A DNA stretch of 64,000 nucleotides, from contig CAWDKY010000029.1 in NCBI GenBank assembly GCA_963802945.1, positions 192,001 through 256,000 on the forward strand, read 5' to 3'. This stretch comes from an uncultured delta proteobacterium (GTDB taxonomy: Bacteria > Desulfobacterota > RBG-13-43-22). The position numbers were made by a program, and so were the translations under genes. Below are positions 49,869 to 60,233 of this stretch, one piece after another. The notes under the pieces were generated by a model that was not told where the DNA came from, did no database searches, and worked only from the letters and a program-made list of their open reading frames with translations. Each line of letters starts with the position of its first letter. Positions within the stretch are counted from its first letter, which is position 1.

Positions 49869-50570
49869 ATGAATTATCAAAAAACTAAAGCAGTTGTTCT
49901 CTTAAGCGGCGGCCTGGATTCCTCCACAACTTTAGCCGTGGCTAAAAGCCAGGGTTATGAACTTTATGCCTTAACCTTTCGATACGGCCAACGTCATCAA
50001 ATAGAAATCGAGGCCGCCAAACGTATTGCTCACTATTTCCAGGTGGCCCAACACAAGATATTTGATGTGGACTTAGGCAGCTTCGGCGGTTCGGCCTTAA
50101 CAACTGAGATTGAAGTACCGAAAGATCGTGGATTGGCTGAGATCTCAGCGGATATCCCGAGTACTTATGTACCGGCACGCAATACCATCTTTCTCTCCTT
50201 GGCCCTGGCTTGGGCCGAAGTGTTGGGGGCTATTGATATTTTTATTGGTGTCAATGCCTTGGACTACAGCGGCTATCCCGATTGTCGGCCGGAGTTTATT
50301 GAGGCCTTTGAGACCATGGCCAATCTCGGCACTAAGGCCGGCGTGGAAGGGGTGAAAATAAGGATCCACACTCCCCTGATTAATTTGAGCAAGGCCCAGA
50401 TTATTAAAAAGGGCCTGGAATCAGGGGTTGATTTCAGTCTGACCAGTTCCTGTTATGATCCGTCTTCGGAGGGAAAAGCCTGCGGGAGGTGTGACGCCTG
50501 CCTGCTGAGGCTCAAGGGATTCGCAGAAGCGGGAATTAAGGATCCGGCCCTATATGAGTTATTCGATTAA
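49869..50570 (+). CDS. queC: 7-cyano-7-deazaguanine synthase
   Basis: [39 protein letters not shown]. Confidence 0.97.
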   Translation: MNYQKTKAVVLLSGGLDSSTTLAVAKSQGYELYALTFRYGQRHQIEIEAAKRIAHYFQVAQHKIFDVDLGSFGGSALTTEIEVPKDRGLAEISADIPSTYVPARNTIFLSLALAWAEVLGAIDIFIGVNALDYSGYPDCRPEFIEAFETMANLGTKAGVEGVKIRIHTPLINLSKAQIIKKGLESGVDFSLTSSCYDPSSEGKACGRCDACLLRLKGFAEAGIKDPALYELFD

Positions 50571-51195
50571 AGAAATTTATTACACCCTTCAAGGTGAAGG
50601 GGCACAAGCAGGTCGCCCAGCCGTATTTTGCCGTTTTGCCGGCTGTAATCTCTGGTCCGGCAGGGAGGCCGATCGCCCAACATCATCTTGCCGATTTTGT
50701 GATACCGATTTTGTGGGGACAGATGGGCCTGGCGGTGGTAAATTTGAAAACCCAATGGATCTGGCCAAAGCGGTGATGGATAAATTTCCTGCAGGGGTAT
50801 CCAAAACACTGCGACCTTTTGTCGTCTGCACCGGCGGTGAACCTTTGCTTCAACTGGACAAAGCTTTGTTGGATGCTTTTCATGGTCTCGGATTGGAAAT
50901 AGCTATTGAAACCAATGGTACCCTTCTAATGCCTGCTGGAATTGACTGGATTTGTGTCAGCCCTAAGGCTGGGGGCGAATTAAAAATCAAATTTGGTGAT
51001 GAGTTGAAATTGGTTTTTCCCCAAGAGGGAACGGAACCAACGATTTTTGAATCTCTTGATTTTAAAAATTTTTTTCTTCAACCCCAAGACGGTCCCGATA
51101 TTAAAAAAAATATCCAAGAGGCAATCCGATATTGTCTCGAACATCCCAAGTGGCGTCTCAGTTTACAACTGCACAAAATAATCGGACTTCACTGA
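50554..51195 (+). CDS. queE: 7-carboxy-7-deazaguanine synthase (radical SAM, CX14CX2C type)
   Basis: [43 protein letters not shown]. Confidence 0.95.
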   Translation: MSYSIKEIYYTLQGEGAQAGRPAVFCRFAGCNLWSGREADRPTSSCRFCDTDFVGTDGPGGGKFENPMDLAKAVMDKFPAGVSKTLRPFVVCTGGEPLLQLDKALLDAFHGLGLEIAIETNGTLLMPAGIDWICVSPKAGGELKIKFGDELKLVFPQEGTEPTIFESLDFKNFFLQPQDGPDIKKNIQEAIRYCLEHPKWRLSLQLHKIIGLH

Positions 51196-51300
51196 TTGGT
51201 TTCCATCAGGGAATCTCTTGTACGGTTGAGTACTCATAAAATCGAGAAGAATTATCATGGACCACATAAATTTTTATAAATAAAGGGCAGACTCAGTGAT

Positions 51301-51369
51301 GTCATGCCGGACTTGATCCGGCATCCAGGGAATGCAAAGACTCTGGATTTCGGCTTTCGCCGGAATGAC
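51301..51369. repeat. REP/RPE-like palindromic repeat
   Basis: GTCATGCCGGACTTGATCCGGCATCCAG ... CTGGATTTCGGCTTTCGCCGGAATGAC; related to 38922-38999. Confidence 0.75.
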
Positions 51370-51412
51370 CTATGGACATTCATTTTTTACTTCCATTATA
51401 GAAAGAGACATC

Positions 51413-52291
51413 ATGGCAGAGAAAAAAAGCGAAAACTGGGCATCGTGGATAGAATCCGTTATCCTGGATTTCATTGAACGTTCTCCAAAGAACACCCTTC
51501 AAAACCAGGCCCAGGACAAGGCCTTTGAAAATCCTCTGGTCGGTTTTTCCCGGGGAGATGATCCCATCTTTGAAACCTTTAAAGAGCACGTCGGCCCATT
51601 TCACTGGACCCCTTCGGAGATATTTTCCTTAACCTTTCCGGAAACGACATTCCGGCCGGGAGAACTGACGGTCATCAGCTATCTTTTATCTCAGACCAAG
51701 GAAACCAAGGCCGACAATCGGAAAGAGAAGCTTTATCCTTCCGATCGCTGGGTCAGGGCCCGCATATTCGGAGAGGAGGTGAATGTTAAACTGCGCCAGG
51801 CCGTTGTTTCGGCTTTGCAAGAAAAGGGAATTCCGGCTGTCGCTCCCCAGCTTTCCCCTCTTTGGGAACAAAAAAGATCAGACCGATTCGTCTTTTCCTC
51901 AACCTGGTCGGAGCGGCACGTAGCCCATGCCTCCGGTCTGGGAACCTTTGGGGTCTGCGACGGCCTGATCACTCCCCGCGGCAAGGCCATGCGTACCGGC
52001 TCGGTGGTGGCCGCTGTTAAAATCCCTCCAACCCCCCGGCCTTATAGCCAACATCAGGCTTATTGTCTTTTTTTCAGTCAAGGGATTTGCGGAAAATGTA
52101 TCAAACGATGTCCTGCCGGCGCTTTAAGCGAAAAAGGTCATGACAAACTTAAATGCTTCAACTACATCAGGGGAAATGTCCTCCCTTATGTAAAGTCACA
52201 TTATGGCTTTGAAGGCTATGGATGCGGTTTGTGCCAGACCGGGGTCCCCTGCGAATCCAGGATTCCGGTAAAGCAGGACGTAAAAGACTGA
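51413..52291 (+). CDS. Epoxyqueuosine reductase (QueG)-like 4Fe-4S protein
   Basis: WSERHVAHASGLGTFG..LITPRG, CGKCIKRCP, CGLCQTGVPCE; adjacent to queCE. Confidence 0.75.
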   Translation: MAEKKSENWASWIESVILDFIERSPKNTLQNQAQDKAFENPLVGFSRGDDPIFETFKEHVGPFHWTPSEIFSLTFPETTFRPGELTVISYLLSQTKETKADNRKEKLYPSDRWVRARIFGEEVNVKLRQAVVSALQEKGIPAVAPQLSPLWEQKRSDRFVFSSTWSERHVAHASGLGTFGVCDGLITPRGKAMRTGSVVAAVKIPPTPRPYSQHQAYCLFFSQGICGKCIKRCPAGALSEKGHDKLKCFNYIRGNVLPYVKSHYGFEGYGCGLCQTGVPCESRIPVKQDVKD

Positions 52292-52332
52292 CTTAAGACA
52301 GTTCGCTATCAATAAAAGGTGGAGGTCTTCTT

Positions 52333-53724
52333 TTAAAAGACCTCGGCCGAAAAGACTTGGATTTTTGTTTTTTTATCCTTCCAGGTGTCTTTGGGAAGCC
52401 CGGCCTTTTGACAGGTTTGTTCCAGAAAGGTTTGGGTATCCCAGCCGTATTCAGTGGCCACCTGGGGCAGGAGAAGGCCGGAGTTAAATCCCCTTTCGAT
52501 AAACAATCCATGTATGCCCACCTGTATTTCCTTAATGTCCTGGATCTGACGTAAAGGGGTCAAGGCCGAGATCTCGATAGAAAGGTCTTTGAGTTCCCTT
52601 TCGGAGAGTGGCGGAAATCGGGGATCTTGGAAGGCAGCCGCCTGGGCCATGTCAATCACGGTTTGCGAAAGGGGTTTTAAAGCCTGAATATGGCCGATAC
52701 ATCCGCGCAGTTGGCCCTGGGTTTTTAGGGTTACAAAGGCCCCTTTTTTTTCGGAAAGCCTCTTGGTCTCCCCATCACGGCTGGGCATGGGGTGGCCCAA
52801 AAGACGGTGTTCGATGGCCCCTCTGGCCAACCTATGTAAAAAGTTTTTTTCCTCTTTGGAAAAATCATTTTCTTTTTGTTTTCCTTTCCCCTGATTTGAG
52901 TTGAAAATGGCCGCAGCCATATAGCCCACCACACTGGAGTGATCGCCGGAAACATCCCCGGAATTGGCATAGTTCAAAACATAAGCCTGATCAGCCAGAA
53001 GGAGCTTGGCCGTTTTCATCACCGTAACCAGGGGACCAGCACCGCAAGCTTCCGATTTTTCTTTGGTTATATCCTCCATTAACCCCTTTTCATCAAAAGC
53101 CAACACCCGGTCTATGACTTTTTTATCCAGGGCTTTGGCTTGTTCATAGGAATGAAAATGGGACAGATCGGTACTGGCCACCAATAAAGCCTTTTCCCCC
53201 TTAAGAACCTCGGCCAAAGCTTGGGCCATTGCTTCACAGGTTGATGGATCCTGAGAACCTTGAATGATGGGCACAATTGAAAAATTAGGAAGGATTTCCT
53301 GGAGAAAAGGAAGCTGGATCTCCAGGGAATGTTCCTGGGCATGTCCTGCCGGGACAAACTTAAAAACAGGACTTTTTTCGGAAAGGGACCGGGCTAATAC
53401 TCGATCCACAGGGATTATTCCTAACGGGGTTTCATAGCCGGTCTTTTGATCGATAGAGGCCCCTTTAAAAGGGTAACGGTGACTGGGGGCAATAATGACG
53501 ACCCGAGTAAAGGGCCTGGTTGATAAGAGCTTATAGGCATGGGCAGCCACCCCCCCGGAATAGACATGGCCTGCATGGGGGACGATCAGAGCGATCAGTT
53601 CTCCGGATATTTCCGGTGTATCAGGAACCGCCCGGAAAAAGTTTCGGATCTGGGACCGCAGGATTTCCGGATTATCAGGATACCAACTGCCGGCAATAAT
53701 GGATTTTCTGATGTCTTGTGTCAT
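52333..53724 (-). CDS. AmmeMemoRadiSam protein B (MEMO1) - protein A (AMMECR1) fusion
   Basis: AGSWYP, PHAGHVYSG, EHSLEIQLPFL, STDLSHF, VVGY; then GAFVTL..LRGCIG..DPRF..GLLLPQVA. Confidence 0.92.
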   Translation of the reverse strand: MTQDIRKSIIAGSWYPDNPEILRSQIRNFFRAVPDTPEISGELIALIVPHAGHVYSGGVAAHAYKLLSTRPFTRVVIIAPSHRYPFKGASIDQKTGYETPLGIIPVDRVLARSLSEKSPVFKFVPAGHAQEHSLEIQLPFLQEILPNFSIVPIIQGSQDPSTCEAMAQALAEVLKGEKALLVASTDLSHFHSYEQAKALDKKVIDRVLAFDEKGLMEDITKEKSEACGAGPLVTVMKTAKLLLADQAYVLNYANSGDVSGDHSSVVGYMAAAIFNSNQGKGKQKENDFSKEEKNFLHRLARGAIEHRLLGHPMPSRDGETKRLSEKKGAFVTLKTQGQLRGCIGHIQALKPLSQTVIDMAQAAAFQDPRFPPLSERELKDLSIEISALTPLRQIQDIKEIQVGIHGLFIERGFNSGLLLPQVATEYGWDTQTFLEQTCQKAGLPKDTWKDKKTKIQVFSAEVF

Positions 53725-53896
53725 GGCAGGCCTCCTTGATTGGGATGTAGGAAGGATCGGCTCTCCAAAGAGATCGGTTGTCCCTCCAAAGAATACCATA
53801 GAAAAAACTAAACCCCAGACAATTAAATAGATCCGGGGCAATGTCTGTTGTTGGCAGGCGTAAGCATGCCTATTGAATACGCCATGGTCAAGATGA

Positions 53897-53947
53897 AAGC
53901 TGATAGCTCGAAGCTGAAGGCAAAAGTCTTCTCTTTGAGCCATGGGC
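53897..53947. repeat. Short heptamer inverted array
   Basis: AAGCTGATAGCTCGAAGCTGAAGGCAAAAG opposite CTTTGAGCCATGGGC. Confidence 0.5.
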
Positions 53948-53949
53948 GA

Positions 53950-54963
53950 TTATACCTTATAATAGTCTTTATACCATTCTACAAAGTACTTAATCCCATT
54001 TTCAATGGAAGTGGCTGGTTTGAACCCTGCATCCCTAGTCAGATCCTCCACATCGGCAAAGGTGGCCGGTACATCTCCGGGCTGAAGGGGCATGAGATTT
54101 TTAATGGCTTTTTTCCCCAGGCAATCCTCCAGAATCTCGATGAAGTATAAAAGTTCCACCGGGTGGTTATTGCCGATATTATATAATCGATAAGGGGCAT
54201 AACTGGTCGCGGTATCCGGCTGCCGGCCGTTCCACTGCGGATTGGGTTCAGGGATCTTGTCCATAATCCGGGCCACCCCCTCGATGATATCGTCAATGTA
54301 AGTGAAGTCCCGCTGCATCTTCCCATAGTTGTAGACCTCAATGGGCTTTCCTTCTAAGATGGCTCGGGTAAAAATAAACAAGGCCATATCCGGTCGGCCC
54401 CAGGGTCCATAGACCGTAAAAAGGCGAAGACCGGTACAAGGTAGTTGGTATAAACTCGCATAAGTATGGGCCATGAGTTCGTTGGCCTTCTTGGTGGCTG
54501 CATATAAGGAGACCGGGTGATCGACATTGTCATGAACCGAAAAGGGCATCCGGGTATTGGCCCCGTAAACAGAACTGGAAGAGGCAAAGACCAGGTGCTT
54601 GACCTGATGATGCCGGCACCCTTCCAGGATATTTAAAAACCCCAGGAGATTGGTTTCGGCATAGGCATAGGGATTGATCAGGGAATAACGTACCCCGGCT
54701 TGAGCGGCCAGATTGACCACCATATCAAATCCCTGTTCGGCAAAAAGAACGGATAGGTTTCGACGATCGGAAAGGTCGATTTTGACAAAATGAAAATTGA
54801 GATTAGATTCAATCTCCTTCAGACGATCCAGTTTCAACCGGACATCATAATACTCATTCAGATTGTCTAGACCAATTACTTGATGCCCTGCATTCAAAAG
54901 CCGTCGGCAGAGATGAAAACCGATAAAACCGGCAGCGCCGGTGACTAAAATTTTTCGGGGCAT
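53950..54963 (-). CDS. NAD-dependent epimerase (UDP-glucuronate 4-epimerase type)
   Basis: [34 protein letters not shown]. Confidence 0.94.
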   Translation of the reverse strand: MPRKILVTGAAGFIGFHLCRRLLNAGHQVIGLDNLNEYYDVRLKLDRLKEIESNLNFHFVKIDLSDRRNLSVLFAEQGFDMVVNLAAQAGVRYSLINPYAYAETNLLGFLNILEGCRHHQVKHLVFASSSSVYGANTRMPFSVHDNVDHPVSLYAATKKANELMAHTYASLYQLPCTGLRLFTVYGPWGRPDMALFIFTRAILEGKPIEVYNYGKMQRDFTYIDDIIEGVARIMDKIPEPNPQWNGRQPDTATSYAPYRLYNIGNNHPVELLYFIEILEDCLGKKAIKNLMPLQPGDVPATFADVEDLTRDAGFKPATSIENGIKYFVEWYKDYYKV

Positions 54964-55247
54964 AGAATCTTTCCGGTTGCCTATGATAAAAGATTATTTT
55001 GTAATTATACCATACTTTAGTAAAAAATATCAGACAGTGTCAAGCCCCTTTTGTTTTGCGTTTTTCTAAAGCAACCTTCACTTGCCCCCATTGGATATTT
55101 TGTGATATAAAGACCTAACGATCAGAAATGAATTTTTAGGGAATCCTTTCAGAGAAACCGAAGAAGGATTTTACATAAATACCTTATCCCAAAAACCATG
55201 GGAACTTTTTTCGTTGTAGGGGGACCGGAGATGAAAGAGGCTTTGGG

Positions 55248-55820
55248 GTGTCGGTAAAATTTTTACAACTTCTCTATCTTTTCCAAGCATACGGTTATTT
55301 GATTATTTTTACCGGGACCTTCTTTGAGGGAGAGACGACCCTAGTGCTGGGAGGCCTGCTCTCCCATCAGGGTCATCTGAACTTTTGGATCGTCATCGCC
55401 ACTGCCGTTTCGGCCTCTTATATAGGGCACCTGTTCTTTTATTTAATGGGTAAAACCGCTTCCCCCTGGGTCCTGCTCAAGTTTCCCAAATTTCGGTTAA
55501 AAATACAACAGGCGGAACACCTCATCCGCCGTTATGAAACCACAAGCCTTTTCATCACCCAATATGTCTTCGGGTTTCGTTTGGCCAGCGCCATGGCCTT
55601 CGGTATCCTGGGTATGAAAATCTCCAAGTTTCTTGTCCTGCAAGTGGTCAGTTGTACCCTTTGGGCCATTCTTTTTACGGCTCTGGGCTTTTTAGTCGGG
55701 AATTCATGTGAAAGTATAGTCAAAAATATTGATTGGGCCATTTTGATCATCCTGGTAACAGGGTTCTTGATAGCCATCATTGGACGGAAATTTTTTGATT
55801 ACTGGTTTCGCTCCCAGTGA
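55248..55820 (+). CDS. DedA family membrane protein
   Basis: YGYLIIFTGTFFEGET..GG; hydrophobic. Confidence 0.88.
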   Translation: MSVKFLQLLYLFQAYGYLIIFTGTFFEGETTLVLGGLLSHQGHLNFWIVIATAVSASYIGHLFFYLMGKTASPWVLLKFPKFRLKIQQAEHLIRRYETTSLFITQYVFGFRLASAMAFGILGMKISKFLVLQVVSCTLWAILFTALGFLVGNSCESIVKNIDWAILIILVTGFLIAIIGRKFFDYWFRSQ

Positions 55821-55894
55821 TATAATGACTCTCAGGGTTGAAGGAAAAAGGAAATAAGGTATCTTTTCCCTTTTCTTGGTATGTTTATGACCAT

Positions 55895-55975
55895 GAATTC
55901 AGAAGCCAGAAGTCAGAAGAGAATCCCATCCCTTTTCCCATTTCTTCTGAATTCTGGATTCTGAATCCTGGATTC
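55895..55975. repeat. ORF-less heptamer inverted repeat of the same family as 759-1168, directly upstream of ftsH
   Basis: AATTCAGAAGCCAGAAGTCAGAAGA vs reverse complement of 55943-55967 GATTCAGAATCCAGAATTCAGAAGA (22/25), 22-nt loop. Confidence 0.85.
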
Positions 55976-55996
55976 TATCTTTAATGGAATACCTTT

Positions 55997-57847
55997 ATGC
56001 CTATTGAAAAAAAGACCCATTTTTCCATCTGGTATTTTGTTTTGGCCATGATTATTTTGATGGCCTTTCAGACTTATTTCATGGCCGACCAAGTGGGCCA
56101 GATTCCCTATAATGAGTTCAAGATACTATTAAAAAATAACAAGCTGTCTAATATCGTCATTTATGATGACCTTATTTCCGGTAAAGTCAGGGCCGCGGAA
56201 ATAGAAGGACTGGTTTCTTCAGACACCATCAAACAACTGGGGAAAGGGAAAGGTGAGCTTTCGTTTATAACGGCCCGCGTGCAGGACCCGGAGCTGGTTA
56301 AGGATCTTGAATCGGTAGGCGTAAAATTTACCGGGAAACTGGAAAACAAGTTGGTTAAATTTTTTACCAACTGGATCCTTCCTATGATCTTTTTTGTGGC
56401 GGTTTGGTTTTTTTTAATGCGCCGGATGGGGGGAGCCAGCGGCGGTCTGATGTCTATCGGGAAAAGTAAGGCCAAAGTTTATATGGAAAAAGATATTAAT
56501 ATAAAATTTGATGATGTGGCCGGGATCGATGAGGCCAAGGAAGAACTTCAAGAAGTCATCGAATTTTTGAAGTTCCCCCAAAAGTTTCAGCGGCTGGGCG
56601 GCAAGATTCCCAAAGGGGTTTTATTGGTTGGTGCCCCGGGGACAGGCAAGACGCTCCTGGCCAAGGCCGTGGCCGGGGAAGCCGGTGTACCTTTTTTCAG
56701 TATGAGCGGCTCTGATTTTGTGGAGATGTTTGTCGGAGTGGGGGCGGCGCGGGTTCGGGATTTGTTTACCCAGGCCCAGCAAAAGGCCCCTTGTATCATC
56801 TTTGTCGATGAATTGGACGCCATAGGCAAGGCCCGGGGGATCAACCCTATGGGGGGGCACGATGAACGTGAACAGACCTTGAATCAGCTTCTGGTTGAGA
56901 TGGACGGGTTCAACACCGAAAAGGGCGTTATTATTATGGCCGCCACCAACCGACCTGAAATCCTCGATCCGGCCTTGCTTCGCCCCGGTCGTTTCGATCG
57001 GCATGTGATGATCGATAAACCCGATGTTCAGGGCAGGGAAGCGATCCTCCGTGTCCACAGCAAAGGAGTCACCCTGGCACCGCAGGTGGACTTGAAGGTG
57101 ATTGCCGCCCGCACTCCCGGTTTTGTCGGGGCCGATTTGGCCAACATTGTCAACGAAGCGGCCTTGCTGGCAGCCCGGAAGGATAAAAAAGAGGTGGACA
57201 TGAAGGATTTTGATGAAGCCATCGATCGGGTTATTGCCGGCCTGGAAAAGAAGAACCGGAGGATGAATGAAAAAGAAAAAGAGATCGTGGCGTTTCATGA
57301 AGCCGGCCATGCCATTGTGGCCGAAACCCTGCCCAACGCCGATCCGGTTCACAAGGTCTCCGTCATACCCAGAGGGATCGGGGCCCTGGGTTACACTCAG
57401 CAACTGCCCACCGAAGACAGATACCTTATGACCAAAGGGGAATTAATGGATCGAATGGGTGTTCTTTTGGGAGGCCGGATCGCCGAAGAACTCCATTTCA
57501 AGGAGATCTCCACCGGGGCCCAGAACGACTTACTGCGGGCCACGGATATTGCCGAACGGATGGTTCGTGAATATGGGATGAGCGATCTGGGAGTGGTCAC
57601 TTTTGAAAAAGAAAGGCGGCCTTTATTTCTGGAAACTGGAATGGGATACGACACCGGCCGCTCCATCAGCGAAGAGACCTCCAGGTTGATTGATCAGGAA
57701 GTGAAAAAGATCATCGAGCAGGCGAAAGAAATAGCCGGCCAAATATTAAAAGAGCATTTGAATCAATTGACTACCCTAGCCCATCGTCTGCTGGAAAAAG
57801 AGGTGGTCGAAGGAGAGGAATTAAGAGAGATACTGGCTAAAAGCTGA
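55997..57847 (+). CDS. ftsH: ATP-dependent zinc metalloprotease FtsH
   Basis: Two TM helices, [25 protein letters not shown]. Confidence 0.97.
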   Translation: MPIEKKTHFSIWYFVLAMIILMAFQTYFMADQVGQIPYNEFKILLKNNKLSNIVIYDDLISGKVRAAEIEGLVSSDTIKQLGKGKGELSFITARVQDPELVKDLESVGVKFTGKLENKLVKFFTNWILPMIFFVAVWFFLMRRMGGASGGLMSIGKSKAKVYMEKDINIKFDDVAGIDEAKEELQEVIEFLKFPQKFQRLGGKIPKGVLLVGAPGTGKTLLAKAVAGEAGVPFFSMSGSDFVEMFVGVGAARVRDLFTQAQQKAPCIIFVDELDAIGKARGINPMGGHDEREQTLNQLLVEMDGFNTEKGVIIMAATNRPEILDPALLRPGRFDRHVMIDKPDVQGREAILRVHSKGVTLAPQVDLKVIAARTPGFVGADLANIVNEAALLAARKDKKEVDMKDFDEAIDRVIAGLEKKNRRMNEKEKEIVAFHEAGHAIVAETLPNADPVHKVSVIPRGIGALGYTQQLPTEDRYLMTKGELMDRMGVLLGGRIAEELHFKEISTGAQNDLLRATDIAERMVREYGMSDLGVVTFEKERRPLFLETGMGYDTGRSISEETSRLIDQEVKKIIEQAKEIAGQILKEHLNQLTTLAHRLLEKEVVEGEELREILAKS

Positions 57848-57965
57848 CCGCTAAAAGAATTCAAGTCCTGGAATCCTCGGCCCCTTTTTAATATTAAACA
57901 TCCGGCCTTCGGCCTTGGGGATTAGAAATTAAGACTGTTTTCATAATACAAGACTGATTAATACT

Positions 57966-59066
57966 ATGTTTATGACCTGGTATAAAAACAGTGCCATCTA
58001 TTCCCTCTGGACTCGATATAAATTTATATCCTGGTATTGGGAGATCCTCCCTATATTCATTCTGTTGGCCTTCATTTTCATTCTGGATCAATTCTATTCA
58101 ACCAAAATTCCACCGGAGATCCTTCACCGGTTTTACTATCTGCCCATCGTATTAAGCGGACTTCTTTTCGGTTTTAAAGGAGGTATTCTATCGGCCGTCG
58201 TGGTTACCTTTTTATTTATTCCCCACTGGGTGCCTTTGTTTCCTAACGCCGCTCCCCATAATGCTTATCTTGATGAAGTAGTCCTTTTTTATGCCTTTGG
58301 GATCCTGATCGGATTATTAGTCGATCGTGAGAGGCTCGAAACCCAAATGAGACAGGATCAGGAACACCTGGCTGTTCTTGGAGAGGCAGCGGCCACGGTA
58401 GCCCATGAATTAAAAAATCCGGTTATTACCATCGGGGCCTATACTCAAAAAATTCAACAGAAAACCAATCCCGAAGATCCCAACTGGGAACGACTGTCAG
58501 TCATTCATCTGGAGTGCCAGCGGATCGAAAACTTGCTTCAAGACATGATCCATTTTTCTCGGCCGATCAGCCCTGAATTTTCTTTTGTAGATATTAATCA
58601 TTTGATTAAAGAGGCCCTGAGGATCATTCATCACCAGGCAGAACAAAATCAAACTCTGTTAAGTCTCGATCTGGACGGAGACCTGCCTTCGATTCAGGCG
58701 GATCCAACTCGGCTTACCCAGGTTTTGCATAACCTGATCCTCAATGCCATTCAGGCTTCGGGTCCTGAACAGCCGATTTTGGTGCGAACCCAGAGACAAA
58801 AAGGGTATGTCATCATCGAGGTGGCGGATCTGGGGCATGGTATACCGTCGGCTTATCAAGAAAAAGTGTTTGCCCCCTTTTTCTCCACTAAAAAAGAAGG
58901 TTCGGGGCTTGGACTGGCCGTCTCAAAAAGGATTATAGAATTGCATCAGGGGCGATTGTCTTTCCGTACCAATCAGCCTACGGGAACTATTTTTTCCGTC
59001 TCGTTGCCCTTGGGCAGGAAGTTCTACCCGTCCCGTTCCGGCTTTTCAGGCGAACTTAACGGATAG
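57966..59066 (+). CDS. Membrane sensor histidine kinase
   Basis: TM N-terminus, AHELKNP, NLILNAIQA, DLGHG, FFSTK..GSGLGL. Confidence 0.9.
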   Translation: MFMTWYKNSAIYSLWTRYKFISWYWEILPIFILLAFIFILDQFYSTKIPPEILHRFYYLPIVLSGLLFGFKGGILSAVVVTFLFIPHWVPLFPNAAPHNAYLDEVVLFYAFGILIGLLVDRERLETQMRQDQEHLAVLGEAAATVAHELKNPVITIGAYTQKIQQKTNPEDPNWERLSVIHLECQRIENLLQDMIHFSRPISPEFSFVDINHLIKEALRIIHHQAEQNQTLLSLDLDGDLPSIQADPTRLTQVLHNLILNAIQASGPEQPILVRTQRQKGYVIIEVADLGHGIPSAYQEKVFAPFFSTKKEGSGLGLAVSKRIIELHQGRLSFRTNQPTGTIFSVSLPLGRKFYPSRSGFSGELNG

Positions 59067-59579
59067 ATCTTGGTAGCGAACCATCTCCTTTTCCCTATGT
59101 CTTTCTCCTGGGGTCGATTATTGCCGTCTGCAACCTTTCTCCGGCCTGGCGAATCAGAATTCCAGGCCGATCATGATTGCTCCGCTGCCGGGCCTTAAAT
59201 ATTGCGGTTGTTGATGGCAGGTTGATCCTGGCCATAGGCCCGAAAAAAGCGAAGATATCGCTCAGGCATTGAGAGAAGGATATCTTCGAAGCTTTAAATC
59301 AGGATGCTGATCTGGGGATTTTTAAACGGGTCATAAAAGGGGTAAGGTCTACTTTTGACTCTTGGTCACAAATAAGACTAAAAACTTTTAAATTCCTCGC
59401 TCATCTGTTCGACTTTTAATAATTATCTAATCCTTCTGATTCTTCCCTAAAAACAAAAACCCCATCTCTCTTGTTAAAAAATGGGGCCTTGGTGGGTTGC
59501 TTCATGGACCGGCCTTTCGAAGTAGTTTCCTGAGATATGGTCTGAAAGAAATCAAGGATTCAAACCTAATGGATTGCAA

Positions 59580-59921
59580 TCATAAATTCAAAAGAATCCG
59601 AAGACGATCTTCAACAGCATCCAGGGTTACGGGGGATACCTGACCCAAACGTTTTGAAAGCCGGCCTTTGGAGATAGAGCGAATATCTTCACATTTGATA
59701 AAACTGGGTTTAGTGAGCCCTCCCTCAGGTATGTCGACAGGAACATGAAAGGGAATACCTTTGGCCCTTGAAGTGATAGATAAAGCTACGACAAGCTCAG
59801 CCGGACCTTGGTTAAAAAGATCCACCGAAATAATCAGTGCCGGTCTTCTTCCAAAAGGCTCTCGACCCTTTGTGGGATTCAAATCAACCAGCCAGACCTC
59901 CCCACGTTTCGGTTCGGCCAT
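59580..59921 (-). CDS. mazF: MazF/PemK toxin
   Basis: RGEVWLVDLNPTKGRE..RRPALIIS..FN..CEDIRSISK.RL. Confidence 0.92.
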   Translation of the reverse strand: MAEPKRGEVWLVDLNPTKGREPFGRRPALIISVDLFNQGPAELVVALSITSRAKGIPFHVPVDIPEGGLTKPSFIKCEDIRSISKGRLSKRLGQVSPVTLDAVEDRLRILLNL

Positions 59922-59925
59922 GGCC

Positions 59926-60171
59926 TCAGTCCCCTTGGCCGTCAGGAAAAGCAGCGTCCCATTGTTTTCTCTCTTCCAGTTCTGCCTCCCAAGACTTCGG
60001 ATTTTTTCTTAATACCGAATACGCCTTGTTGGCCTCTTGGAGAAAACGATGCCGTCGGTAGTCTTCGATGGCATCATCCAGGATGGATTGGAGTGTTTTC
60101 CTTTCCTCTGAGGCAATCTCCTTTAAAATAGCACTGGATGTCTTGCTGATACGAACGGTTGAACTTCCCAT
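59926..60171 (-). CDS. Ribbon-helix-helix antitoxin
   Basis: STVRIS..ILDDAIEDYRR..FLQEANKAY..W..E...WD; AGGAG RBS; upstream of mazF. Confidence 0.85.
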   Translation of the reverse strand: MGSSTVRISKTSSAILKEIASEERKTLQSILDDAIEDYRRHRFLQEANKAYSVLRKNPKSWEAELEERKQWDAAFPDGQGD

Positions 60172-60204
60172 GGCTTCTCCTGACAACTAATTGATTTACG
60201 AATA

Positions 60205-60233
60205 TGTATACAAAATTGAAACAATATTGTCAA
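60205..60233 (-). promoter_or_regulatory. Promoter of the second TA operon
   Basis: Minus-strand TTGACA (60233-60228), 17 bp, TATACA; palindromes ACAATATTGT and TGTATACA. Confidence 0.6.

Noticed and set aside
49869-52291. 7-deazaguanine DNA modification (dpd) system
   Set aside because: No DpdA/TGT-like gene or other dpd genes; the context fits tRNA queuosine synthesis.
56621-57403. Long antisense ORFs (e.g. 260 aa opposite ftsH, 204 aa opposite the CoA ligase)
   Set aside because: Shadow frames of well-supported genes, without motifs.
59067-59335. Gene fragment downstream of the histidine kinase
   Set aside because: Coding-like composition, but the frames I translated are short and show no recognisable motif.
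59490-59545. c-di-GMP-I riboswitch on the minus strand (GGAAAC..TCGAAAG)
   Set aside because: The GCAAAGC junction and second stem are missing, and it lies downstream of mazF.
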